From the human T2T-CHM13v2.0 reference genome, Homo sapiens: a stretch of 64,000 nucleotides of DNA. The notes under the pieces are model-generated. The model was given only the letters and a program-made list of their open reading frames with translations, had not been told where the DNA came from and made no database searches. Within the stretch, counting starts at the first letter, position 1; every line of letters starts with the position of its first letter. The translations under genes were made by a program, and so were the position numbers. Location: assembly GCF_009914755.1 (NCBI RefSeq), contig NC_060928.1; one strand, given 5' to 3'. Below are positions 43,524-56,970 of the stretch, piece by piece.

Positions 43524-43623
43524 GCAGGGTTTTCAACCTTGGCAGCACATTCTGAAGCTCCTGAAGAGATTCTTAAGGTTACCAAAGCCTGGGAACCTCC
43601 CTCAGAAATTGTAATTTAATTGG
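43524..43623. mobile_element. MER5A-like MITE fragment (host of the THE1 LTR)
   Basis: 'cagggttttcaaccttggcagcacatt...ccctcagaaattgtaatttaattgg'. Confidence 0.55.
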
Positions 43624-43986
43624 TCATATGGTTTGGCTGTGTCCCCACCCAAATCTTGAATTGTAACTCCCATAATCCCCATGTGTCATGGGAAAGACCC
43701 AATGGGAGGTAATTGAATCATGGGGGCAGGTTTTTCCCATGCTATTCTTATGATAATGAATAAGTCACAAAAGATCTGATGGTTTTATAAATGGGAGCTC
43801 CCCTACACAAGCTCTCTTGCCTGCCTCCATGTAAGACGTGCCTTTGCTTCTCCTTTGCCTTCAACCATGATTGTGAGGCCTCCCTGACCATGTGGAACTG
43901 TGAGCCCATTAACCCAACCTTTTTCCTTTATAAATTACCCAGTCTGTGGTACGTCTTTATTAGCAGTGTGAGAACAGACTAATACA
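43624..43986 (+). mobile_element. THE1 solo LTR
   Basis: 'atatggtttggctgtgtccccacccaaatct...gaacagactaataca'; 5-bp TSD attgg at 43619-43623 and 43987-43991. Confidence 0.95.
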
Positions 43987-44102
43987 ATTGGTCTGATCTC
44001 TAATTACCTAGTTCTCCTGTGCCGTCAGCGTTGTCTGAGGAGAAATTCAAGGAGATGGCCATGGGAAATGGCAGCAAGTCACCAGTGATAGCAGTTCTTT
44101 TC

Positions 44103-46141
<2,039 letters not shown>

Positions 46142-46293
46142 TAACCTTCACTCAGAACAAAATAATTAAGCTTTGGCTTTGTCTCAAACACCAAGTCATA
46201 AGGTCTTTACCCAAGTTCTTTTTCCACCTTCCACTCACCTCAGAAATCATGAAACATTTAGCTCGTGCTAAATTTTCTGCTGGGTCTAGAATC

Positions 46294-46869
46294 TGTAGGG
46301 GGAAAAATAATATATTTTCCTCTATACATCTTAGATTCATTGATGGGGCCCTGTAAGATAGACTTACAAAAGACAAATTAACAAAAGAAAAACAAGCAGA
46401 AGTTTATTAACATGTGCATCACATATACACATGTTACTCAGAGATGAGTTACTGAAAGGGGTTGGTTAGAACTTGAGTTTATATAGTCTCCCAACAAAAG
46501 AACAATACTTTTTAGAAAGGTGACAAGACAAAGAGAAAAACTTTGAACTTCTAGGCATGGAAAATTGTGGAATGCAAATATATAGAGGGAATTAATGAGA
46601 GATAAGAGCTAGATACTAGTGTTTGTTGTATAGATTCCTCTATTACCATCTTGGGGCTAATATGTGTCTAGAGTTGTCTCTGGTTATAAACTTCTGTCCT
46701 TCCTGCTAGAGGGAAGAGGAGGGACATCTTTACAAACTTATGTCTTATTTTTCATCAAACTGGGGAAGGGCATCTAACTTCTTATATCTGTTTCTTCTCA
46801 ATTGCGTTCAGCCAAAATTATCCTTATGCCAAAGTGGCTTAACTTGGAGTGACATCTTGCTACTCTTCA
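46294..46869 (-). mobile_element. ERV1 solo LTR, MER34-like
   Basis: Reverse complement starts tgaagag...gccactttggcataaggataattttggctg and ends ctaca. Confidence 0.75.
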
Positions 46870-46929
46870 AGTTCACTAAATCTCTACTCCAAGACAAGTC
46901 TATGTGACCTCTTGCAGAGTTCTTTTCTA

Positions 46930-47038
46930 TGTTTTGATCCAGTTTATCTAGAGTGGGGTCCAAGAATTTGCATTCTAACAATGTCCTAGGAGTTGCTATT
47001 GCTTGTCCAGGGCTCACACTTTGAAAACTACTACTCTC
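46930..47038. mobile_element. MER5A-like fragment
   Basis: 'ggggtccaagaatttgcattctaacaa...cacactttgaaaactact'. Confidence 0.65.
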
Positions 47039-47779
47039 TAGGTCTGCATTTCTCAAATTGCTTGCAGCTACTGACCCCACCCTGCACCATCCCACATGCA
47101 ACTTGTTCCACTCCAATGAATATGCTCACTTAATTCCCAGAATCTGCTGGCCTATCCTGTCTTACTGCACTTTCTATTTCTATATCTAGCTCTGTAACGG
47201 GATATACTTGTGCTCTGACAAATGTAGTATAGTCTGAGCTTTGTAGTAATGGAATCAATAATACTATGGTGGGTTTTCAGATAATCCTCACTTATCAGTG
47301 AACACTGCATGTGAGGCATGCTCAAATTAGAACTTTTATTGCCCTAGAAATTTTGTAGTATTTTATGTAGAACTCAAGGTACAATGTCATGTGTTTTGGA
47401 CAATATGAGAACAAAAAAGGATGAACAAGCAGACATAATTCAGGGAAGGTAAAGTATTTCTAAATTAAGAAAAGAAAATATAAAATCAGGCCTTCTTCAC
47501 TCATCTTTGTATCTTTCTCCAGATTATTACCCCATTCAAGTTACACTACATACATTTCATGACATGTCACTTTCAAATAAAACATCACCAGGTCTTCTTG
47601 GGGGTGAATTTGTTCCTATTTTGTTTAACTTGGTCAATCTTTTGAGAGAGAGATATATATATCTATGCTTGATATTCTTACAGTTTGTCCCCTTCCACTT
47701 TCTACTTTGTGGCCAGCTTATTCCACACCCATTGCAACCCCCTTATCCTTCTTCACCTTTCTCCACGATACATTGATAC

Positions 47780-48172
47780 ATGTTAGCAAAATATATGAAT
47801 TCCCAGCTCCCCTTTCCGCTAAAAGTGACATACCCGCAATATAATCCTGGTCAAGAAGATGTAAGCATAAGTTTCTAAGGAGGGCTTTCCTTCCCAGATA
47901 CAAAGACAAACCTCACAAGGAGAAGACGTTACCCTCTGTCCCTGCTGAGACACAAACATGATGTCTTATAAGTTCAACAGTCATATTGCAAACCAAAATG
48001 ATAACAAGAAATTAGGAGTGCAGGTTTTTTATAAGATCTTTAAGTAATCAAACCAGTCCTGAAATACCTACAACTAAACTTTTTGTTATTTGAGAATGAT
48101 AATCTCCAGTTTTATCTATCCCTTTGTTTGTCAAGTTTGTTGTAAGAGCCAAATTCAGTCCTAACTGGTATA
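47780..48172 (+). mobile_element. Old MaLR LTR (MLT1J/K-like)
   Basis: 'aaaccagtcctgaaatacctac...aactttttgttatttgag...cctaactggtataca'. Confidence 0.55.
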
Positions 48173-49233
48173 CATACAGAACTCTTAAACTACTCTTTAA
48201 ACTACTAAGCTACGACTGCTCTAAATATCAGCTTGTTAATGATGACTTCAAGCCCTTACCTTGTTGGTATTGCCAAACAAACCTTACCACTGGGGTAAAA
48301 GACCCAGACTGCCTTACCAGGCTACAGGAATATTTGCATGTAGAAGCTGAGGGAAATTATCCCTTCCCTACCTCTCCACGGTCCTAACAATCAACATCTG
48401 CAACATGAAGAAGTGGCCCTGGAAGCTCAGGAATTCTGGGGGCATATAGTTTTTTTGCCCATGATGGTCTACATTCTTTTGTCCAATTAAACCTTCTTTC
48501 TTGCCTCACCTATATCCTGTACCCATTTTTGGTGAGTGTAGCCAGAGTCTGTGCTGCATTTTCAGCAGATAGCTGGAGGACGGCATTTCCTCTCATCGGT
48601 CACCTTGATACATTGGTGGAAGCTGTTTCTTAACTAGTATTTCTGTAGTGAAAAAGAGACTTAGCCACTGAATATGCAAAGAGTAGATCCTTCTAAATCT
48701 ACAAGCATAACAGAAACAAAGACTTGCAATGGGGACAGAGAAGCTTGCTAGTTAAATTATTAACCAAGCAAAGCTCAGTAAACTAAGGGGAAAAGTGCTA
48801 CGTTTAATATTTTAGAACATTTTAAGTCCCTGTAGTAGTGGGCTACAGTGGTTTATTTGAGATTAGTTCCACATAAACTTGCCAAGATAAAGAACTTCTG
48901 TCAAATGACTCTCTGTTTCCCAGCTGCTTTCCGATTAGCATACAACAGTCATAGAGCCACATCTTGTGATCTCTGAGCTGCTAAACAGTTTGAATAAACC
49001 AGAATTTTACATTAAATGAAAATGACTATTAAAATGCATTTGAGTTTATGATGATTGGGCCTCTGCAGTCTTACACACTGAGCAGTTCTGAAATTTCTGA
49101 TGACTTCCTCTTCTCATAATTTTGTACTGCATTTTAGCATTCTGAGCTTAAGAAACAAATTCAATTTAACTTTCATATTGCTCATTTCTAAACAAAAACT
49201 CCACATTTCTTCTAAAATGAAAAAGTATTATAA

Positions 49234-49260
49234 ACTTACCTAAAGGCAAAAATGTTCAGT
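49234..49260 (-). promoter_or_regulatory. Recursive-splice-site-like motif
   Basis: Minus strand reads actgaacatttttgcctttag|gtaagt, an acceptor directly followed by a consensus donor. Confidence 0.3.
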
Positions 49261-50669
49261 GGTAATCTGGGCCATATACAAAAACACTCCAATAGAAGAA
49301 AATGGTTTTCAGTGGTAGTCTTTACATTTTTAATTCCTTGCATTATGCCTATAGTGTCAACGATTTTACTATCAAGTCAAAATGAAAGCCTTGGCAGCAA
49401 GGTCCCTTGAATAGTGAACAAAACAGGTTAATTAGAAGCATATTGAGGTTTTTTTTTAGTTGCAAATTCTCATGAGTAAAAGAAATGAAGTATAAATCTC
49501 ATAATGCAAAAAGAAAATGGCATTATTTTTATACTCACAGATGAATAAGCTAGATCCTAGAAAAACTATCTCTTATGGAAAATCTATAACAATAGTGGAA
49601 TTTTTTTTCCTAAGAAAATTGGCCCCATGCCCCCTTTCTCACTTAGAATCTACTCCTTATTGCTGCCACAGCATCAGCATTTATGTGTAAACTTCTCTTC
49701 TCCCCTCTGTTTCCCTATAGCTGTGAACCCCAGCTTCCAGCTCTTTTTGCACTATGTTTGAACAATAAGTGGATTTTGTGTGTGTGTGATGGCAGTGATC
49801 TACAGTGCCTTTCCATGTTCATCATGGACATCTTCCACTTCCCAGATTACCTCTGGCACTTCTGAGCCAGCTTCTCCCACTGTGCAGCATGCTCCTGGGA
49901 TAAATTCCCTGCCATCAGTTGCTGTGTGGGCAGCAAATGCAAACTAATTTTAACCTTAGCTTAACCAAAGCATTATTAGACTCTTAAAACCACAGAACAC
50001 ACATCATATGGCAGAGACCAAAGACAAATAGGAATGATTTGGGGGAAAAGTATGGAGCTCTCTGATGTTGGGGGTTATTCCAATCTCTGATTCTCTCAGT
50101 GAATGCCCATAGCTGAGAACAGAGTTCTGTTTAAAAATAGTTTTGCATATTTATTATTCCTGAAGCACATGTCAGACAGACAATATTTATCTGGGTCAGT
50201 GAGCTCAGTTGGTACAGTGCTAATAAGGCCAAAAGCATGGACTCTTTCCCCATGGAAACCGGGAAAATTGACTCAGAGGAAAAAAAAGAAATCTATTCTA
50301 CATTCACACATTGTACCCCCAAACCTGGCCAGACATCTTGCAAATGCATGCTGTGAGTAACAAGTGGGGTGGATAAGAGAGAATATGCTGCCTTGCAGTA
50401 AGTCCAATCAATGCAAGTGTTCTAGAGTTGACTCCAAGCTTAGATCCTTCAGGAAGCAAATCAGGATTGTGATTGATCAGGAGTGTTGGAATTCACATGC
50501 TGGATACAACTGGCATATAGATGCATATCACTGCCGCTTGCTATAGAAAATTGTAAGATAATATTATCTATGCTGACATACACATTATTTTAAAGAATTA
50601 ATAATGAGTTCTTTATGGTTTCCACTATTTTGAGGGTTTATCTCTTATAAGTGACTCTGCCTTTTGGCC

Positions 50670-50915
50670 ACACAGGAAGACACCATGTGGAAATATCATC
50701 TGCTTTGGAGTCAGAGACCCAAGATCAAATCCTTCCTTCATCATTTAGTTATGGCATGACCTTGGGCAAGGTACTTAACATTTTCTAAACTGTGTTTCTG
50801 CATATGCAAAATGAGGTTATAACAGAGTTATTAAGAGGATTCAGTGAGACAAGTTATCTAAAGCTATTAACTTAGTGCCTGGGACATAGTAAACTCTCCA
50901 TTAATGGTGGCTTTT
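50670..50915 (+). mobile_element. MIR
   Basis: 'ctttggagtcagagaccc...tgaccttgggcaagg...gaggattcagtgaga...ttagtgcctgggacatagtaa'. Confidence 0.8.
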
Positions 50916-52273
50916 ATTCTTATTATAGCATAGGATAACATACAAAAATGACAGGTAAGTGCCAGAATCATAATAGGCAATCAGTTAAGATCAATTCTCA
51001 CCCTTCCTCTCTGGTTTGACCAGTTTCTGCTGTTTTAATGTAGGTATCACCCTTTTTTCATGGTGTTTCATTTCTTTTATCTTTGCAGGGTATTTTCTGT
51101 CCTCCTTGTTCAGGGCCTCTCTAGTTCTGCTGTCACTAGTCCAGGTGTGCTCTGTCCTACATCACTTCATTCCTATGTTGACCGAGTTCCAAGGCCCTTT
51201 TTATGGAGCAGCCCTCTTTTTATTTAATGCTCTGTAGGGCTCACTCATTGGAAGATTTATTTATCCATCCAAAGAAAACTATATTAGTGGTGGTGTTCAG
51301 GAAGCCAGATGTGAGGTATGTATTTGGAAGTTATAGGCCACTTAGTTTCCAGAAGGTTAAAAATATTACCTCTTTATAGACCTTTTATTTGTCCATGAAC
51401 TGGATTCCATATTGGTGCCACATTCAATCTGCTGAATAAGTTTTTTTTATTTTTTTCCTGCTCAAAATGAAATTGAGAGGGGGCTTGATGAAAATAAATT
51501 GGTGGGCATGAAAGAGATTTGTAATGCACCTTAGCTCTATTCTCACAGGTTAGGTTTCTCCAAGTTTACTGTTTGAGCAGAGACTCTGATGCTGTTGCCG
51601 TACATCAGGGATGTATGTGGTAGAAGTCACCATACTTGATGTTTCCATTTGCATCTTGGACAGTGCTTTCAATTCACCTTCTAAGCCAAGAAGGAAGAAA
51701 AACCTTATTTGCCTCTCTCATGGGGAGGCTCTTTTTTAATATTCAAGAAAGTGCATCTGTGGGTACCGTCAAAGGCCTTTGATGAGAGCCCCACCAGAGA
51801 CGTCCATGATTCTAGGAATTTCCTCTGGTTATTCTTTGTTCATTCCCAACTAGCTCTGGCCCCAGAACTGTCCTCACTTTTTCTTTTTTCATAATGTCTT
51901 AATCAGATTTGATATCTTCTGTTATAAATTCAATTATTTTTCAGTTTGTCCCCAACTGTGAATTTTCTAGACATTCTGGATCCACTCGTGGCCCTGTAGT
52001 TATATCTGACCTTCATCTGTGTTCTGTAGAAGTTTTGAAAACTTTTGGTAGGGGTCACAAGGAGACATGATGTTGGATGCCAGGATATTGGTATGGAAGG
52101 CCCAGCCAAATGAACAACATTCTTCTAAATAATAGAGCTATTTGGAGGATTCAGTGAGATAAAGTATATAAAGCTATTAACTTAGTGCCTGGAACACAGT
52201 AAACTCTCCATTAATGATGGCTTTTATTATTATTACAGCATAGGATAGCATATGAAAAGTGACTGTGTAAGTG
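50835..52273 (+). repeat. Local ~127-bp direct duplication (50835-50961 and 52145-52273)
   Basis: Both copies read gaggattcagtgaga...aagctattaacttagtgcctgg...taaactctccattaatg...gcataggata...gtaagtg. Confidence 0.9.
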
Positions 52274-52770
52274 AATTACTTTCTTGAAAACATTTTTCTC
52301 TGAACCCGTTCTTGGATATATCATCTAGCCTGGTCTAAAATGAGTTCTTTCCCAACCCTTCTTCATGATGTTGTCCACCAATAAAAGCAAAGATTTTCTC
52401 CTCAGATATTTTCCAAAGAATTATTGTGGCAACTAATAATCGGCACACCAGGAGGAGGCTCTTTGGCGTGGCTAGAGAGGCTGACAGTTGGCCTACAACT
52501 TAGAAGGGCATGCTCGAGTATTTTCTCACCACCCCATGAATAGTGTGAAAGACACATGGCTAAGTTTATTCACTCATCAAACTAATGCATATGGAGCTCT
52601 AACAGATAATTAAACACTCAATATAGAAAGATGAAGAAGACATTGTTTCTGCCCATCATCCAATGGGGAGAGACAGACTGATACATAAACAAATCATAAC
52701 ACAAGGTTAATTTATAGATAATTGACCTTTTTTATACTTCATTTATCTATTGACAATATTTCCTGCTTCT

Positions 52771-53229
52771 CTTTTTTCTCTCTCTCTTTTTTTTATTATA
52801 CTTTAAGTTTTAGGGTACATGTGCACAACGTGTAGGTTTGTTACATATATATACATGTGCCATGTTGGTGTGCTGCACCCATTAACTCGTCATTTAACAT
52901 TAGGTATATCTCCTAATGCTATCCCTCCCCCCTTCCCCCACCCCACAACAGGCCCTGGTGTGTGATGTTCCCCTTCCTGTGTCCATGTGTTCTCATTCTT
53001 CAGTTCCCATCTGTGAGTGAGAACACGCAGTGTTTGGTTTTTTGTCCTTGTGATAGTTTGCTGAGAATGATGGTTTCCAGCTTCAACCATGTCCCTACAA
53101 AGGACATGAACTCATCATTTTTTATGGCTGCATAGTATTCCATGGTGTATATGTGCCACATTTTCTTAATCCAGTCTATCATTGTTGGACATTTGGGTTG
53201 GTTCCAAATCTTTGCTATTGTGAATAGTG
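52771..53229 (-). mobile_element. 5'-truncated young L1PA 3' end
   Basis: Antisense L1PA 3' UTR; TSD cctgctt(c/t)t at 52762-52770 and 53230-53238. Confidence 0.93.
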
Positions 53230-54999
53230 CCTGCTTTTCAATTCTATTGAAATATGACATCATTTAAGGTAGAGTCGGACTCCTAATGCCATGTTTCTCT
53301 TTAGTATCACTATATTCTCTATCCGTATGTATCTCCACCATTTTTTTGTTTGTTTGTTTTTAAATTTCTTTTCTTTCTTGTGGGACTTCAATCAATCAGC
53401 TCCATCTAATTTTCTCTTTGATGAGCTGCAGGAGCAGTATGATAAGTTTCAGTTTGTCTGCTGGCTCCTAGATCACCAACTAAATGTACTGAGACCTTAA
53501 AATCATTTGGTAAGGCTGTGAGTCAAATCTCCAATAAAATTATACACTGGGACATACTTGAATCAAAGGCAAACATGGACTACTTTTTGTTGATGAAATC
53601 CCTTGAGTCAAGGACTCAAATTTCAAAACCAAATATACTAACAAGGAAAGCCATTTATAATGTATTTCTTCATTAATTCAAACTGCCTTCACATTATTTT
53701 TCCCAAAAACTCATAGGATCCAGAACAGCAAGTATATTCTTTAAAAGGTTGTATTTTAAGCCAATTACAAAATATGAAGACTCTCAATTAGGCAAACTAA
53801 GACGTGAATATTCATATAAATTTATGGTTTTTTTCTGTCATTGAATATCAAGTCCTGGCAAGTCATTATCTTTCTTTATACTGAATGAACTTATTAACAG
53901 CAATTACAATGATCAGAAGTGAAATGTTTAACAGAGCTGACATTTAGGTGCTCATAACTGGGTTTGAAAGTCACCATATTATTGAGATGGATAGGAGAAG
54001 TTACTGTGTTATTTTATCTTGTTATAGTAGGCTTAGTCCTATGGGCAATAGTATATCACAGAGGGAGGTCAAGAAGTCCGTAAAGTTAAAAATAGGATGC
54101 AGTAGAAATCTTGCAGAGGGCCATAAATTTTCAGAAATCATAGAATTTGAGCACTCTCAGACTATGTTGTCTCTTTACAAATTGGGAATTATTCTCTGAC
54201 CACACAACTGGAATAAATGTATTTGTGTGTCTATCTATTTTTCCCTTTTGTTACATCTCATCTGTATTTGCATCTGTTCTTTATTTTTCCTTTACCCTCT
54301 AAAAAAATTGATTCTTGTTAAGGAACTACTATGTAAAAAGTGTTTCTGTTTGTTTTGCATACCAGAATCCTGAGATTTTGAGTTATGTCTCTAGGTTTAA
54401 GCAACTATCTATAAAAATAATAGAATGAATCATTACTAAATCTTAATTAAACTATGGAGGCATGGCTATGGAATGAGATCTGCATACATTTTACTTAGGT
54501 TTAATTATAAATGAAGCCTGGTCCTAATGTTAACATCCAATCCAACCCTTCCTTCAATGGGTGACATTCTTAAGTAAATTTGGCTAAAGCGATTGACTTT
54601 GGCTTCTTTAAGTTTGGATTCTTTTCTTTGACTTTTGTTTTCAGCACTGCTTTGCACTCTTGCTGAAGGGTAAGCTCTGTAAGGCAAGACTTGTGTCAAT
54701 TTTGTTCACTTCTGAAATTTCTGTGCCAAGATGGTGCTAACTCTTATTGGTATGTTAACCATCCCTCTATCTCCTACGATGGTAGTCACTTATGCTTTTC
54801 TGTATAATTGTCACATATTTGTGTCTACAGTGCCTACAAATGAATAGGTATGTGTGTATGTGTACATATATATGTATGTACAGAGATAAATTTTTATATT
54901 TTTATATATATAAATACATATACATACAAACATACACCTGATATATATTTTTTTAACTAACATGTCCACATTGTGTTTATTTTAATTCTAAGATGGAAA

Positions 55000-55215
55000 T
55001 TAGCCTGGTGTAATAAGGGAGTTTTTGATCTAAAATAATTCACACAACTTAGTGTCTGGTAATATTAGGCAAAATAATTAACCTCTTTGAGCCTAAATTT
55101 TCTCAGCTGTAAAACAGATGCCTATCTCACAGGTTTTTGTCAGATTTAAATATAATAATATACATGAAGTGCTTAGTATAATGTTTCACACCTAATGTAT
55201 GATCAATAAATGCTA
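55000..55215 (+). mobile_element. MIR
   Basis: 'ttaacctctttgagcctaaattttctcagctgtaaaa...gtgcttagtataatg...tcaataaatgcta'. Confidence 0.7.
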
Positions 55216-55665
55216 TCACCCTGGGGGAGTTGGTCTTATTCTCTCATTGTTGAGATGTGTGGGACATGATAATTATAAGGTTATGAAATTACTTAGTGTA
55301 TATAGACAATGTATGACCAGTTACTGACTATGAGATCTTGTCTGGATGACGAGGCCTAATCAGCCATAGCATAATCGAATTGCTTATTTTGGCTTTAACA
55401 ATCAGTTCTGCACAATTAGTTACTATCAAACTATTCAAAATGAATGAAGTTCCTGCTAGTGAAAGATTACTATGCAAACTATGTCCTTACTATTTGAAAT
55501 ATTACAATGTGACTTAATGCATTTATAAATAAAGATTCCTTCCCTAATACCCACAGTTAAAATATTGGTTAAACATTATTTGTATCAAAGTAAGCAAGAT
55601 GTCTATATATTAGTGTCAATACATTTGTTCCACTGGATTGTAGATTTTAAACATTATCCAAATGC

Positions 55666-56321
55666 TAATTTTAAGTTATTTTCTCAGGCATATAGGCCTA
55701 CAAGGGTGTACAGCAAACAGTACTAGAATTATCTTTGTATAGTTACTCAAAATTCTCCCACACAATTGCTTCAAAATTCCAAAGAAATATTGGTGTCAAG
55801 TTTAAAATCCTCTGAAAATTTAATGAAAAAAAAAGATGCTGGAAAATCACAGTTACTCACTTGATACTTTATCAAGTTGCATTTGACATCTTCATGAGGT
55901 TCTAGGGAGGTTCTACAGAGAATACCTGGGTCCATCTCCAATGCTACCCAACTGCTGGAACTCAGTCGTGTCTCTTCCTGGAACCACTTCTGCCATTTTG
56001 ATTACCTTCTTCGCCCCTGAGGCATCAGGGTTTGGGATTCTTTGCTTACTTTTAGAGAGAACAGAGTGACTTCAATAAGAAGTAAGGAAAAGCTATTCAA
56101 AAAGTGAGATTCTACAAAGCTAGGTGTGTGAGGAGAATTGGAAAGTCACCTAGGCAAGACAGATGTTGCCCTAGGTGAGCACCTGCATGCAAAGGATGAG
56201 TATAGAGGAATGAATGGCTCTTAGTGGCTATTAGGGAAGTTTCAATCTAGCAGCAGTCATGGGTTTCAGAGAGTCAACCCTGAAATCATTTAATTTTAAG
56301 TTATTTTCTCAGGCATATAGG
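55666..56321 (+). repeat. Perfect 31-bp direct repeat pair (55666-55696 and 56291-56321)
   Basis: taattttaagttattttctcaggcatatagg occurs twice. Confidence 0.95.
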
Positions 56322-56494
56322 GGTATCATTTCTTAATAAATCATGACTTGATAACTGGTTAAGGGTGAAATCCATAAACTGAGAAAGACCAACAGCCTAT
56401 CTTCTTCCACCTACTCTGCATGTCTAGCCCATCTTTATGCCTTATTTCTATCACTTGTTTTAAAAATATTGCTGTCAGTTATACAATTGGTTTT

Positions 56495-56970
56495 ATTTAA
56501 CAAATACTTACATAGCACTTATTGTATGCTGAGCACTACTCTAAGAATTTTAAAAATATTAGCTCTGTGGTTCAAAACCAGGGGCAATGTCTGGAAATAA
56601 TTTTGGTTGTCACAATTTGAGAGGAGGTGTTGCTACTCCATCTAATAGATAGAGGCTAGAGATGATGCTAAATATTCTATAATGCACAGGACAGTCCACC
56701 TCTCCTCCAACCCAACCCCAACAAGGAATTATCTGGCTGAAAATACCAACAGTACCAGTGTTGAGAAACTCTGTATATTGACTCATTAATCTTCTTAACA
56801 ACCCTATTAAGTAGATACTGTTATTATCCTCATTTTATAGATAAGGAAAGTGAGACACAGAGAGATTAACTAACTGGCTCAAGGTCACACAGTTGATAAG
56901 CGGCAAGGCTGATATTGAAGACCAAGCATCCTGTCTCCATAATCTGTGCTCTACCACCACACCAGGCTGC
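56495..56970 (-). mobile_element. MIR interrupted by MER20 (~56566-56772)
   Basis: MIR 'cctcattttatagataaggaaagtgagacacagagag...aaggtcacacag'; MER20 'tttggttgtcacaa...gatgctaaatattctataatgcacaggacag...gttgagaaactctg'. Confidence 0.8.

Noticed and set aside
55926-55996. Minus-strand ATG in good context reading MAEVVPGRDTTEFQQLGSIGDGP up to a donor
   Set aside because: No promoter features or known protein match; unsupported as a first coding exon
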